Assembly (NCBI GenBank): GCA_965226875.1
Contig: OZ245439.1
Coordinates: 3,382,316 to 3,446,315 of the forward strand
Length of the DNA stretch: 64,000 bases
Direction of reading: 5' to 3'
From: Dehalococcoidia bacterium
Lineage (GTDB): Bacteria > Chloroflexota > Dehalococcoidia > Lucifugimonadales > UBA3495
The notes under the pieces were generated by a model. The model had not been told where the DNA came from. It did not search any database and saw nothing but the letters and a program-made list of their open reading frames with translations. Numbering within the stretch: position 1 is the stretch's first letter; the number at the start of each line of letters is the position of its first letter. Shown here piece after piece: positions 44,977-54,606 of the stretch. The position numbers were made by a program, and so were the translations under genes.

Positions 44977-47325
44977 TTAAGCCTTGGCGTCCTGGATGGC
45001 CTGCCAGACCCTTTCGGGCGTCAGCGGCATCTCCAGGCGGGTTACGCCCAGTGGCCTGAGGGCGTCTATGACTGCGTTGTAGATGGTGACCGTCGAGGCG
45101 ATGGTGCCGGTCTCGCCGATGCCCTTGACGCCCAGCGGGTTGTGGGGCGAAGGCGTTTCCGACGACAGCGTCTCGATGTCTGGAACCATGTGGGCCTTGG
45201 GCAGGGCATAGTCCTGCATCGAGCCGGTGAGCAACTGCCCGGCTTCGTCATAGACCACGCCTTCCCACAGCGCCTGTCCGGCGCCCTGCACCACACCGCC
45301 ATGGACCTGGCCCTCGACTATCATCGGGTTGATCTGTGGGCCGCAGTCGTCCACGGCCACGTAGCGGCGCAGCTCTATGTGGCCGTTATCGGTGTCAACT
45401 TCAACCACCGCGACGTGAGCGCCGAAGGGGTAGACGAAGTTGGGCGGGTCATAGAAGGCCGACGCCTCCAGGCCCGGCTCCATGCCCTCCGGCATATTCC
45501 AGGCCACGTTGGCCATCAGCGCGATTTCCTGGATGGACTTGCTCTGGTCGGGCGCGCCACGGACGAAGAACTGGCCGTCGGCGTACTCAATGTCGGCCTC
45601 GGCGGCCTCCAGCAGGTGAGCCGCCAGGGCGCGGGCCTTGTCTTTGATCTTGTTCAGGCCCAGCAGCAGGGCGCCGGCGCCCACCGCCGTGGTGCGGCTG
45701 CCGTAGGTGCCCCAGCCCATCGGGGTGTTGTCGGTGTCGCCGTGGACGATTTCCACGTCCTCCACCGGAACGCCCAGCGTGTCGGAAACGACTTGGGCGA
45801 AGGTGGTCTCCTCGCCCTGTCCGTGGGGCGAGACGCCGACGTAGGCGTTGACCTTGCCCGTCGGGTGGAAGCGCACTACCGCGCTCTCCCACAGTCCGCC
45901 GCCGAAGCCGACCGCGCCAGCCACCTGGGACGGGCCAAGGCCGCAGATTTCGCAGTAGGTGGAGATGCCGATGCCGGTGTAGTGGCCGTGCTCGCGGGAG
46001 TGGGCCTGCTCTTCGCGGAGGTTGGCGTAGCCCACGTGGTCAAGGACCATGTCCAACGCGCCCTCGTAGTCGCCGCTGTCGTAGGTCAGGCCGGGGGCCA
46101 CATCGTACCCGTTCTCGAACTTGGGAATCAGGTTGAGCCGGCGCACCTCTGCCGGGTCCTTGCCCACCTCGACGGCGAGCAAATCTATCAGCCGCTCCAG
46201 CAGGAAGGTGGCCTCGGGACGGCCCGCGCCGCGGTAGGCGTCAACTGGCGTGGTGTTGGTGAACACGCCGTAGATGTCGGCCTTGGTAGCGGCCAGTTGG
46301 TATGGGCCGCTGTACATCAGCCCGTGCAGTATGGTCGGCACCCCCGGCGCGGCGGTGGACAGGTAGGCGCCCATGCCGGCGTGAACCACCGAGCGTACTC
46401 CGATTATCTTGCCGTCGCTGGTGGCGGCCATCTCCACCTGCTGCACATGGTCCCGCCCGTGGATAGTGGCCTGGAAATTCTCGGAGCGGGTCTCGGTCCA
46501 TTTGACCGGGCGGTTCAGCCGCATGGCGCAGAAGGCCGCGATCATCTCGTCGGCGTAGACCGGTATCTTGCTGCCGAACCCGCCGCCCACCTCGGTGGCG
46601 ATGATCCGTATCTTGTGCTCCGGCACGCCGGTTACCAGCGAGCCCAGGAAGCGGGCGATGTGGGGGTTCTGGCTGGTGCTCCAGATGGTCAGCTCGCCCA
46701 TGGAACTCAGCCAAGTGGCCACCGCGGAGCGCGGCTCCATGGCGTTGGGGACAAGGCGCTGCTGGATGATGGTGTCGCTTACGACCACTTCGGCCTCGGC
46801 AAAGGCGGCGTCGGGATCGCCCCCGACGGCCACCCAGTGGAAGGCCTGGTTGTTGGGGGCGTCTTCGTGGAGCTGCGGCGCGCCCTCCGCCATAGCCGCC
46901 ACGGGATTGATCACGGCGGGCAGCGGCTCGTAGTCAACGCTGATCAGTTCCAGGGCGTCCTCGGCCTGGTAGCGGGTTTCCGCCACCACTACGGCCACGG
47001 CGTCGCCCTGGTAGCGCACCACGTCCTTGGCGATGGCCGGGTGGGCCACGGCCTTGACGTCGGATTCCGGCGGAATCCAGGCGCACGGGATGGGCGCCAG
47101 GGCGCCCTCGGTGTCGGCCCCGGTGTAGACCGCGATGACGCCGGGCGCGGAGGCCGCGGCGGTGGTGTCGATGCCGGTGATGCGGGCATGGGCATGGGGG
47201 CTGCGCAGGATGGCGGCATTCACCATTCCCGGCAGGGTAACGTCATCGGTATAGGTGGCGTCGCCGGTGATGAGACGCGGGTCCTCACGGCGGCGGATGC
47301 CTGAGCCGAATATCCTTGTCGTCAT
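44977..47325 (-). CDS. molybdopterin-binding large subunit of a xanthine-oxidase-family hydroxylase (form II CoxL-like, AYRGAGR)
   Basis: Active-site loop VDAYRGAGRPEA (form II, not the form I VAYRCSFR); GGGFG motif. Confidence 0.88.
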   Translation of the reverse strand: MTTRIFGSGIRRREDPRLITGDATYTDDVTLPGMVNAAILRSPHAHARITGIDTTAAASAPGVIAVYTGADTEGALAPIPCAWIPPESDVKAVAHPAIAKDVVRYQGDAVAVVVAETRYQAEDALELISVDYEPLPAVINPVAAMAEGAPQLHEDAPNNQAFHWVAVGGDPDAAFAEAEVVVSDTIIQQRLVPNAMEPRSAVATWLSSMGELTIWSTSQNPHIARFLGSLVTGVPEHKIRIIATEVGGGFGSKIPVYADEMIAAFCAMRLNRPVKWTETRSENFQATIHGRDHVQQVEMAATSDGKIIGVRSVVHAGMGAYLSTAAPGVPTILHGLMYSGPYQLAATKADIYGVFTNTTPVDAYRGAGRPEATFLLERLIDLLAVEVGKDPAEVRRLNLIPKFENGYDVAPGLTYDSGDYEGALDMVLDHVGYANLREEQAHSREHGHYTGIGISTYCEICGLGPSQVAGAVGFGGGLWESAVVRFHPTGKVNAYVGVSPHGQGEETTFAQVVSDTLGVPVEDVEIVHGDTDNTPMGWGTYGSRTTAVGAGALLLGLNKIKDKARALAAHLLEAAEADIEYADGQFFVRGAPDQSKSIQEIALMANVAWNMPEGMEPGLEASAFYDPPNFVYPFGAHVAVVEVDTDNGHIELRRYVAVDDCGPQINPMIVEGQVHGGVVQGAGQALWEGVVYDEAGQLLTGSMQDYALPKAHMVPDIETLSSETPSPHNPLGVKGIGETGTIASTVTIYNAVIDALRPLGVTRLEMPLTPERVWQAIQDAKA

Positions 47326-47328
47326 CGT

Positions 47329-47793
47329 CTAGCCTCCCTTGGCTTCAGCAGCCGCGAGGACCGCCTTTACGATGTTGTGGTAGCCGGTGCAGCGGCAGAT
47401 GTTGCCTTCCAGACCGTCGCGGACTTCTTGGGACGTGGGGTTGGGGTTGCGTTCCAGCAGCTCGACGGCGGTCATAATCATGCCGGCGGTGCAGTAGCCG
47501 CACTGGAGGCCGTGCTTGTTCCAGAAGGCCTCCTGTACCGCGTGGAGGTCGCCGTCGGCGGCCAGGCCCTCGATGGTGGCGATGTCGGCGCCGTCGGCCT
47601 GGACCGCCAGGGCGGTGCAGGACTTGACGGTGCTGCCGTTCATGCGCACGACGCAGGAGCCGCATTGGCTGGTGTCGCAGCCGATCTTGGTTCCGGTCAG
47701 CCCCAGGTTTTCCCGCAGGAAATGCACCAGGAGCAGGCGGGGCTCAACGTCCGCCTCCCGGGACTGCCCGTTGACAGTCATCTGAATTCTCAA
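47329..47793 (-). CDS. [2Fe-2S] small subunit (CoxS-like)
   Basis: [12 protein letters not shown] and QCGYCTAG...CRCTGY cluster motifs. Confidence 0.9.
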   Translation of the reverse strand: MRIQMTVNGQSREADVEPRLLLVHFLRENLGLTGTKIGCDTSQCGSCVVRMNGSTVKSCTALAVQADGADIATIEGLAADGDLHAVQEAFWNKHGLQCGYCTAGMIMTAVELLERNPNPTSQEVRDGLEGNICRCTGYHNIVKAVLAAAEAKGG

Positions 47794-47951
47794 TTCAGCA
47801 CCCCTCAGGTGTAGGATTCGGTCGCTTGAGCCGAATGTGTCCGCAGTATAATGTTGCCCCTATACCACGTCAACGCGGCTTGCGCGGACGGCGCGATAAG
47901 CCCTATGATTTCTGCGGTGCTTCGGATTGGGAGCGAGCCTCCAGAGAAATT

Positions 47952-48188
47952 ATGCCGACTGTATTGCGGGAAGGGCCTTATCGCTTGTTTTTCTATTCAG
48001 GCGACGGTTCTGAGCCACCTCATGTTCATGTCGAACGCGACGACCGAATTTGCAAGTTCTGGCTGGACCCTGTGCGGATGCAGGGAAGTGGTGGGCTGGC
48101 GCGCGCAGAGATCCGCCGGATTGCCAGGATTGTTGAACAGCATCAGGCTACCTTGATCGAAGCGTGGAATGAATATTTCAACTATTAA
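47952..48188 (+). CDS. DUF4160-like small protein
   Basis: GPYRLFFYSGDGSEPPHVHVERDD typical DUF4160 N-terminus; AT-richer islet. Confidence 0.65.
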   Translation: MPTVLREGPYRLFFYSGDGSEPPHVHVERDDRICKFWLDPVRMQGSGGLARAEIRRIARIVEQHQATLIEAWNEYFNY

Positions 48189-48492
48189 CGTAAATGTCCC
48201 GGACGCAGTCGCCATATCCGTTTCCGAGGACACCCTGACCGCCGAGTTGTCTGACGGACGGACAATCTCTGTCCCCTTGGCCTGGTATCCTCGACTACTT
48301 CATGGAACAGTTGCTGAGAGAAATAACTGGCGGTTGATCGGCGGCGGTCAGGGCATCCACTGGCCTGACCTTGACGAGGACATTAGTGTGGAAAACCTGC
48401 TGGCGGGAAGGCCGTCGGTCGAAAGCCAAAGATCACTTAAGCGCTGGCTCGATAGAAGGCAGGCAGGCACAAACACAACAGAAGCCGAGTAG
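48169..48492 (+). CDS. DUF2442-like small protein
   Basis: LTAELSDGRTISVPLAWYPRL...GGGQGIHWPDLDEDISVENLLAG; overlaps the previous gene by 20 nt. Confidence 0.6.
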   Translation: MNISTINVNVPDAVAISVSEDTLTAELSDGRTISVPLAWYPRLLHGTVAERNNWRLIGGGQGIHWPDLDEDISVENLLAGRPSVESQRSLKRWLDRRQAGTNTTEAE

Positions 48493-48519
48493 CGCCACTA
48501 CTTTTGAGGGAGGCCTCTA

Positions 48520-49827
48520 ATGTTCCCGAAATCCGTATTTCCCGACACTGCCGAAATCAACACCCAGGGTCACCTGACCATCGGCGGGTGTACCGCCCAG
48601 GACCTGGCCGAGGAATACGGCACTCCGGTCTACGTCTTGGACGAGGCGACCATCCGCGCCCGCTGCCGCTCCTTCGTCAGCGAGTTCCGGCAGCGCGCGC
48701 CGGCGGCCAAAGTGGCCTATGCTTGCAAGGCGTTCATCAATCCCGCGCTGGCCCGCGTACTCCGCGAGGAGGGGCTGGGCTTCGACGTGGTCTCCGGCGG
48801 CGAGCTGGCCACCATCGTCAACTCCGGGGCAACCCTGGAGGACGTGTACTTCCACGGCAACAACAAGACCCCGCAGGAGTTGGAAGAAGCGCTCGAACAG
48901 TCCATCGGCTGGATCGTGGTAGACAGCTTCCACGAGCTGGAGCTTCTGGACCGTCTGGCGGGCGAGGCGGGCAAGATCCAGGACATACTGTTGCGGGTGT
49001 CGCCGGGCATCGACCCGCACACCCACGTCTACACCACCACCGGCATCCTCGACTCCAAGTTCGGCTTCTCCATCCAGACCGGCCACGCCGCCATCGCCGT
49101 GCGGCAGGCCCTCGCCGCCAGGAACCTGAAACTGCGCGGCCTGCACTTCCACCTCGGTTCGCCGGTGTTCGAGCTGGAGCCGTACCGCGTCGCCACCGAG
49201 CTGGTGCTGCGATTCGCCGCCGAGTTCCGCGAGGAGGGGTTGCAGTTGCAGCATTTCAGCCCCGGCGGAGGATTCGCCGTGGCCTACACCCGCGACCAGC
49301 AGGCCCCCTCGGTGGCCGACTACGCCGAGACCATCTGCTCTGCCTTGAGCGCCACCTGCGAGGATCTGGGCATGGAGCAGCCGACCCTCGTCGTCGAGCC
49401 GGGCCGCTCCATCATCGGACCCTCGGGCGTTGCCATCTACCGCGTCGGGGCCATCAAGGATATCCCCGGCGTCCGCAAGTTCGTCAGCGTGGACGGCGGC
49501 ATGGGCGACAACATCCGCCCCGCCCTGTACCAGGCCGAGTACGAGGTTGTGGTGGCCAACAAGGCCGACCGGGATCCGTCCGAGAAGGTCACCATCGCCG
49601 GGAAATACTGCGAGTCCGGCGACCTGCTGGCCTCCGACGTAATGCTGCCGGTAATCGAGTCCGGCGACCTGCTGGCCATTCCCGTAGTCGGGGCCTACTG
49701 TCCCTCAATGGCCAGCAACTACAACCTGAACCCGCGCCCGCCCATGGTCCTGGCCGCCGAAGGCCGCAGCCGCCTGATCCGCCGCCGCGAAAGCTACCAG
49801 GACCTCATGTATTGCGACGTTGATTAG
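48520..49827 (+). CDS. lysA: diaminopimelate decarboxylase
   Basis: YGTPVYVLDE, YACKAF, HFHLGS, EPGRSI, CESGD motifs. Confidence 0.92.
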   Translation: MFPKSVFPDTAEINTQGHLTIGGCTAQDLAEEYGTPVYVLDEATIRARCRSFVSEFRQRAPAAKVAYACKAFINPALARVLREEGLGFDVVSGGELATIVNSGATLEDVYFHGNNKTPQELEEALEQSIGWIVVDSFHELELLDRLAGEAGKIQDILLRVSPGIDPHTHVYTTTGILDSKFGFSIQTGHAAIAVRQALAARNLKLRGLHFHLGSPVFELEPYRVATELVLRFAAEFREEGLQLQHFSPGGGFAVAYTRDQQAPSVADYAETICSALSATCEDLGMEQPTLVVEPGRSIIGPSGVAIYRVGAIKDIPGVRKFVSVDGGMGDNIRPALYQAEYEVVVANKADRDPSEKVTIAGKYCESGDLLASDVMLPVIESGDLLAIPVVGAYCPSMASNYNLNPRPPMVLAAEGRSRLIRRRESYQDLMYCDVD

Positions 49828-49918
49828 GAACACTCCGCCTTTTCTTTTACTGCGACAGCAGTGAATGAACCTGACGAAAACGCAGGAGACTTGCCGTTCT
49901 AGGCTCGGCTCAAAGTAT

Positions 49919-50926
49919 ATGTGGCGAACCCTCGGACAGGATCACCTCATCGCCCGGTTGCAACCTGCTTTGGAGCTGGGGCGGGAGTCCCACGCCTACC
50001 TGCTGATCGGCCCGCCCCACGTTGGCAAGCTGACGCTGGCGCGGGAGGTGGCGCAGGCGGTCAACTGCCTGCGGGGCCCCTGCGAACCCTGCGGCGAGTG
50101 CGTTCAATGCCAGCGCATCGCCGCCGGTCTGCACGCCGACGTGAGGGTGGTGGACATCGAGTTCAGCCGCATGGTGGAGGGGCGCAACACTGTCACCACC
50201 ATCACCATCGACGCCATCCGGGAACTGGAGCGCACCGTTAACCTCAACCCCTTCGAGGGTTCCCGGTTGGTCATAATCATCGACGGGGCCGGCGCGATGA
50301 GTCCCGAAGCGGCCAACGCCCTGCTGAAGACGCTGGAGGAACCGCCGCCGGGGGTGCTGTTCCTGTTGCTTACCGACGACGAAGACGCTCTGCTGCCCAC
50401 GATCCGCTCCCGTTGCCAGGCGTTACAGTTGCTCCCCATGTCGCGGCGGCAGATGATCGAGTACCTGACGCAACAACGCGCCGTATCCGAGGAGCAAGCC
50501 GACCGGCTCTACCGGCTGTCGCGGGGCTGCTTGGGCTGGGCCCTGGGGGCGCTGGACGACCCGCAACTGCTGGAACAGCGGCAGGCCGACCTGGAACGTA
50601 TGCGGGAGACCGTAAGCGCAGGGCTGGACGCCCGGTTCAGCTACGCCAACGAGGTTGCCTCGCTGTTCGGCTCCAACCGCCCGGCGGCGCGGGAGCTGCT
50701 GGCCCTCTGGCTGCGCTGGTGGCGTGACCTGCTGCTGGTCAAGGAGGGCGCCGAGGAGTTCCTGCACAACGCCGATCTCGCCGACGAACTCCGCGCCCAC
50801 GCCGAGACGCTGACCACCGCGCAGATAGCCGCCTTCATCCGCCGCCTGCTGTCCACCATAGCCGCCCTCGACGCCAACGCCAACCCCCGCCTCGCCCTCG
50901 AAACCCTCATGCTCCACGTCGAATGA
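49919..50926 (+). CDS. holB: DNA polymerase III delta' subunit
   Basis: HAYLLIGPPHVGK, zinc module C..C..C..C, KTLEEPP, SRCQ motifs. Confidence 0.85.
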   Translation: MWRTLGQDHLIARLQPALELGRESHAYLLIGPPHVGKLTLAREVAQAVNCLRGPCEPCGECVQCQRIAAGLHADVRVVDIEFSRMVEGRNTVTTITIDAIRELERTVNLNPFEGSRLVIIIDGAGAMSPEAANALLKTLEEPPPGVLFLLLTDDEDALLPTIRSRCQALQLLPMSRRQMIEYLTQQRAVSEEQADRLYRLSRGCLGWALGALDDPQLLEQRQADLERMRETVSAGLDARFSYANEVASLFGSNRPAARELLALWLRWWRDLLLVKEGAEEFLHNADLADELRAHAETLTTAQIAAFIRRLLSTIAALDANANPRLALETLMLHVE

Positions 50927-50942
50927 CGTCCACCCCCCAGCC

Positions 50943-51623
50943 CTACTCCGGCTCCCAAAACTGGTCGGGAATAGGATACCAGAAGACGTTTCCCTGAAGC
51001 AAGTCGGGGTCCAGCTCGCGGTCGTTCCTTACGCTGACAATGGCGGGGTAGGCCGGGGTGCCGGTGAACTGCGCCAGGAATTCGACGTTCCTCAGGGCAC
51101 GGTCGGCATCCCGGTGGTCAGCGGTGTAGGACGCTTCGACGGCGATGTAGCAGGTGTCGTCTCCTTGGGTCGCTTCGATAATCAAGTCTGCATTATAGAA
51201 GCTCTTGAGGCTGTCCCTGGGGATTCCGTTTCGCACGGCCTGCCCGGCCATCTGTACCAGCTCGGCCCGGGTTAGATTTCTGACGAATCCCATGCCCATT
51301 TCCATGGCTATGACAGGGGCGAAATCAGACGCGTTGAGGCGGGCAAACCATCCCCTGAGCTGGCCTATATCGTCCGCAATTCTTCCCATAAGCTCGTGAA
51401 GTCGCGAGTTGGTGTCATTCTGCGCTCTGACGAAGTTCTTCATCTCTGCGTTAAACTGCTTTTGCTCTTCGATGAAGGCGTCCATTTTCTCCACGAAGGC
51501 GTCGAAGCGGGCCGGGAGTTGCAGCAGTTCCTCGCCGAGGATCTGGGCTCGTACCGCCGCTCTCCACTCGGGATTTTCGGCGAGGGCGCGAAGGAAATCT
51601 TCCTGGCTGTTGATGGTGGTCAT
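50943..51623 (-). CDS. hypothetical protein: N-terminal coiled coil + C-terminal PD-(D/E)xK-like region (DUF3782-like, tentative)
   Basis: ADLIIEAT...CYIAVEASYT resembles a D...ExK nuclease core with K replaced; AT-richer. Confidence 0.45.
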   Translation of the reverse strand: MTTINSQEDFLRALAENPEWRAAVRAQILGEELLQLPARFDAFVEKMDAFIEEQKQFNAEMKNFVRAQNDTNSRLHELMGRIADDIGQLRGWFARLNASDFAPVIAMEMGMGFVRNLTRAELVQMAGQAVRNGIPRDSLKSFYNADLIIEATQGDDTCYIAVEASYTADHRDADRALRNVEFLAQFTGTPAYPAIVSVRNDRELDPDLLQGNVFWYPIPDQFWEPE

Positions 51624-51795
51624 GGGTGTTTTCCTGCCAACCGTTGGGAAGCGGACAGTCTACTCAAGGCTCACCATGCCAATATAGCGGCGAAACGAAC
51701 TAACTGCAATGGCCAACTGTCAGTTAATGACGAGCCTATTGGTAACCCCGGAATATTGTGTGGCCGTTGAGAGAGGGAGCTTCTATTCTGCCCCC

Positions 51796-52398
51796 TCACT
51801 CCAAATTCCACGGGATGTAGGGCTTCCAGACCTCCAGGATCGTGCGGTTCTGGAGAATCAGGTAGGGGTTGGGGTCGGGAGCGCGGGGAACGGTGTGCAG
51901 CTTCATCCTCGCCTCGGCGGGGGTGTGGCCGGCCTTGCGGAGGTTGCAGCGGTTGCAGGCGGTCACCACGTTCTCCCAGGTGTGGGGGCCGTGTTGACGG
52001 CGGGGGATTACGTGGTCGAGGGTCAGGTCCTGGGCCTTCTTGCCGCAGTACTGGCAGGTGAAGCGATCGCGCAGGAACACCTCTTTCTTCGACAGCCTGC
52101 GGGGCAGGAAGGGACGCTTGACCAGGTAGACCAGCCGGATGATAGCCGGGGCGTCAACCGCGCCCGACACGGTATGCAGGCTGCCCTCGTGCTGCTCCAG
52201 CAGTTCCGCCTTGCCCTTGTCCACCATCACGATGGCGCGGCGGACGGAACAGACGTTGACCGGCACGTAGTTCAGGTTCAGCACCAGCACCGGGGCGCGA
52301 ATCAGCACCCGCGGGTCGGTACGCTCTTCCCCATCTTCCGAAGTCTCGGACGCACCGTTAACCGGGGCAACCTGAGTTGTCTCAACCGCTCTGGCCAA
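51796..52398 (-). CDS. HNH endonuclease family protein
   Basis: CQYCG...LDHVIPR...TWENVVTACNRCNLRK HNH/zinc motif. Confidence 0.85.
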   Translation of the reverse strand: MARAVETTQVAPVNGASETSEDGEERTDPRVLIRAPVLVLNLNYVPVNVCSVRRAIVMVDKGKAELLEQHEGSLHTVSGAVDAPAIIRLVYLVKRPFLPRRLSKKEVFLRDRFTCQYCGKKAQDLTLDHVIPRRQHGPHTWENVVTACNRCNLRKAGHTPAEARMKLHTVPRAPDPNPYLILQNRTILEVWKPYIPWNLE

Positions 52399-52568
52399 TA
52401 CTCGCGCCTCCCGGTATGACTGATGGCAAATTCCACCGTTCTTTGTCGCCGGGTTATCCGCCTGTTACCTCTGTTACCTCACCAGCCCCTTTTCCATAGC
52501 CAACCCTACTCCGTATTCCTCGCCATTATAACGCAAACCCCGGCGCGTCAATCCATCCCTGGCAACCG

Positions 52569-53084
52569 CTAGTCTCGATCCTTCCACTCCGGGGAAATCT
52601 CAATGGATGCAACGAATCTGTCAACCCAGCCTATGGGCGCCGATGCCACAGACGACTCTGCGATGGCCCTGCCAACGGAGGTTACGGGGTACTGCTGCAA
52701 GCCGATGAGGATGACGGAAACCACTATCAAGCAGGTCAGAGTCCCCAGCGCCAGACCGCCGGCCCGGTTGACCATGCCGCCCATCGGGACCAGGGACATC
52801 AAGGCAGAGGCTATGCTCAACGGCACCAGCAATGCCAGAGCGATTACGGAGCACACCACCAGCGCGGCAGCGAAAACAAGGAAAAACCCGGCCAGCTCCT
52901 GCCTTGCCTCGCTCTCGATGAAACCGAAGACGCCGGAGCCGACCAGTTCGCCAAGTCCTGCGGCAAATAACGTGCCCGCCACCAGGAAGACGAAGGGAAC
53001 CCAAATCCTCATCAGCCCGGCCGCCAGGCCCATCACCGCGCCGGACACCCATGCCACCAATGATATGACGTCTACCCAGTTCAC
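52569..53084 (-). CDS. cvpA: CvpA family membrane protein
   Basis: MNWVDVISLVAW...; 4 TM helices, family-typical N-terminus. Confidence 0.75.
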   Translation of the reverse strand: MNWVDVISLVAWVSGAVMGLAAGLMRIWVPFVFLVAGTLFAAGLGELVGSGVFGFIESEARQELAGFFLVFAAALVVCSVIALALLVPLSIASALMSLVPMGGMVNRAGGLALGTLTCLIVVSVILIGLQQYPVTSVGRAIAESSVASAPIGWVDRFVASIEISPEWKDRD

Positions 53085-53154
53085 CCTTCCAGTCTATCAC
53101 GGGATTAACGAAACCGATTAGCCGGGGAAATTGACTTCGTTGATTCCCAACGGC

Positions 53155-53817
53155 CTACCTTCTCGCCTCAACCATCCTGCGGATGGCAACCAGCGCGGCG
53201 AGATACAGGGCGCCGAAGAGAAAGCCGCCAATGACGTCGCTGGGCCAGTGCACTCCCAGCCAGACGCGGGAAGCGCCGACGCCCAGGAGCAGCAGCAGCA
53301 GCGCGCCCTGCGCCGTCAGCCGCAACACCGGGCGCCCTTCCAGGTAACGCCACCGGCCCAGCAGGACAATCAGCGCCCCGAAGAAAGCGGCGGCGAGGAC
53401 GGCGTGGCCGCTGGGAAAGGCGTAGCCCGTTTCCTCCACCAGGGCCAGGGCCGGGTCCGGGCGGGGGCGGGCCGCCAGTTCTTTCAAAGCCGGGTTGACC
53501 GCCGGGGCCAGCAGCGCCGCCGACAGGAACAGGGCATCGCCCCACCGCCTCACGCCCAATAGCCCCCCCACGGCAACCGGGGGAATCCACGGTATGCCGA
53601 TGCCGCCCAGACCGATACCGCCCAAGCCTACCGCAGACAGAGCGATGGCCGCGTCGTCCGGCCAGCCGCCCCGCCACTGACGCAGTTCCAGCAGCGCCCA
53701 CTCGTCGCCGGGGAAGGCTCCGAAGGCGCGGGCCAGTCCCAGCAGCCCCACCACAAGCGCGAGGCCCAAGAGCGACGGGAGAACCGTTTTAATCACAGGT
53801 TTAACCACAGAAATCAC
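53155..53817 (-). CDS. PAP2-family phosphatase (undecaprenyl-diphosphatase/phosphatidic acid phosphatase type)
   Basis: KELAARPRP...PSGH...SRVWLGVHWPSD; GTG 53817 or 53808 as start (rest of the 498-aa ORF rejected). Confidence 0.75.
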   Translation of the reverse strand: MISVVKPVIKTVLPSLLGLALVVGLLGLARAFGAFPGDEWALLELRQWRGGWPDDAAIALSAVGLGGIGLGGIGIPWIPPVAVGGLLGVRRWGDALFLSAALLAPAVNPALKELAARPRPDPALALVEETGYAFPSGHAVLAAAFFGALIVLLGRWRYLEGRPVLRLTAQGALLLLLLGVGASRVWLGVHWPSDVIGGFLFGALYLAALVAIRRMVEARR

Positions 53818-53904
53818 AGGGCTTCCGGCTGATTCAGCATAATCATAGTCTCCGGGTACTCCGCGCGCTCTGTGCCCAACCCACCGAATGATATAATCCG
53901 GCCC

Positions 53905-54606
53905 ATGATTCAGACCATTGCCATTGACGGGCCGGCGGCGTCGGGCAAGACATCGGTGGGGCATGAATTGGCCCGGCGACTGGGCTGGTGGTTCCTGGAT
54001 ACCGGCATCATGTACCGCGCCGTGACCTGGCTGGCCCTGGAGCGCGGCGTTTCCCCCAACGACGCCGACGGGCTGGGCAATCTTACTCAGGCCGTGCAGG
54101 TGCGGCCGGTGTCGAGGGACGGCGATTCGGTGGAGGTGGCGGGCCGCCGGGTAGGGCCTGAACTGCGTGAGTCCCGTGTGGATAATAATGTCTCCAACGT
54201 ATCCCGGCACCCCAACGTGCGCCGCGCCCTGGTGGAGCAGCAACGTCAGTATGCCGACACGGTCGTCTCCGGTCTCAACGGGGCGCAGCCGGACGACTCG
54301 GGCTTGGGGATCGTGATGATTGGCCGCGACATCGGCACCGTGGTTCTGCCCAATGCCGGGCTGAAGGTATATCTGACCGCCTCGGCGCAACAGCGCGCCC
54401 TGCGCCGCTGGCGGGAGATGCGGGAGCGCGGGCAGGCCGCCGACGTAGAAACGGTGCAGAGCGAAATCGAGGCCCGCGACGTGATTGACTCTACCCGCGA
54501 CGACTCGCCTCTGCGCCCTGCCGAGGACGCCTGGCTGCTGGACACCAGCGAACTCACGGTGGACGAGGCGGTGAAGGCTATCCTGCGGCAGGCGGAACGA
54601 CAATGA
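53905..54606 (+). CDS. cmk: cytidylate kinase
   Basis: IAIDGPAASGKTSVG P-loop, DTGIMYRAVT, GRDIGTVV. Confidence 0.9.
   Translation: MIQTIAIDGPAASGKTSVGHELARRLGWWFLDTGIMYRAVTWLALERGVSPNDADGLGNLTQAVQVRPVSRDGDSVEVAGRRVGPELRESRVDNNVSNVSRHPNVRRALVEQQRQYADTVVSGLNGAQPDDSGLGIVMIGRDIGTVVLPNAGLKVYLTASAQQRALRRWREMRERGQAADVETVQSEIEARDVIDSTRDDSPLRPAEDAWLLDTSELTVDEAVKAILRQAERQ

Noticed and set aside
44974-47304. 776-aa ORF on the plus strand
   Set aside because: It lies exactly antisense to the well-supported CoxL-like gene. The composition is Gly/Ala/Val/Arg/His-rich low complexity with no motif, which is a typical shadow ORF of GC-rich DNA.
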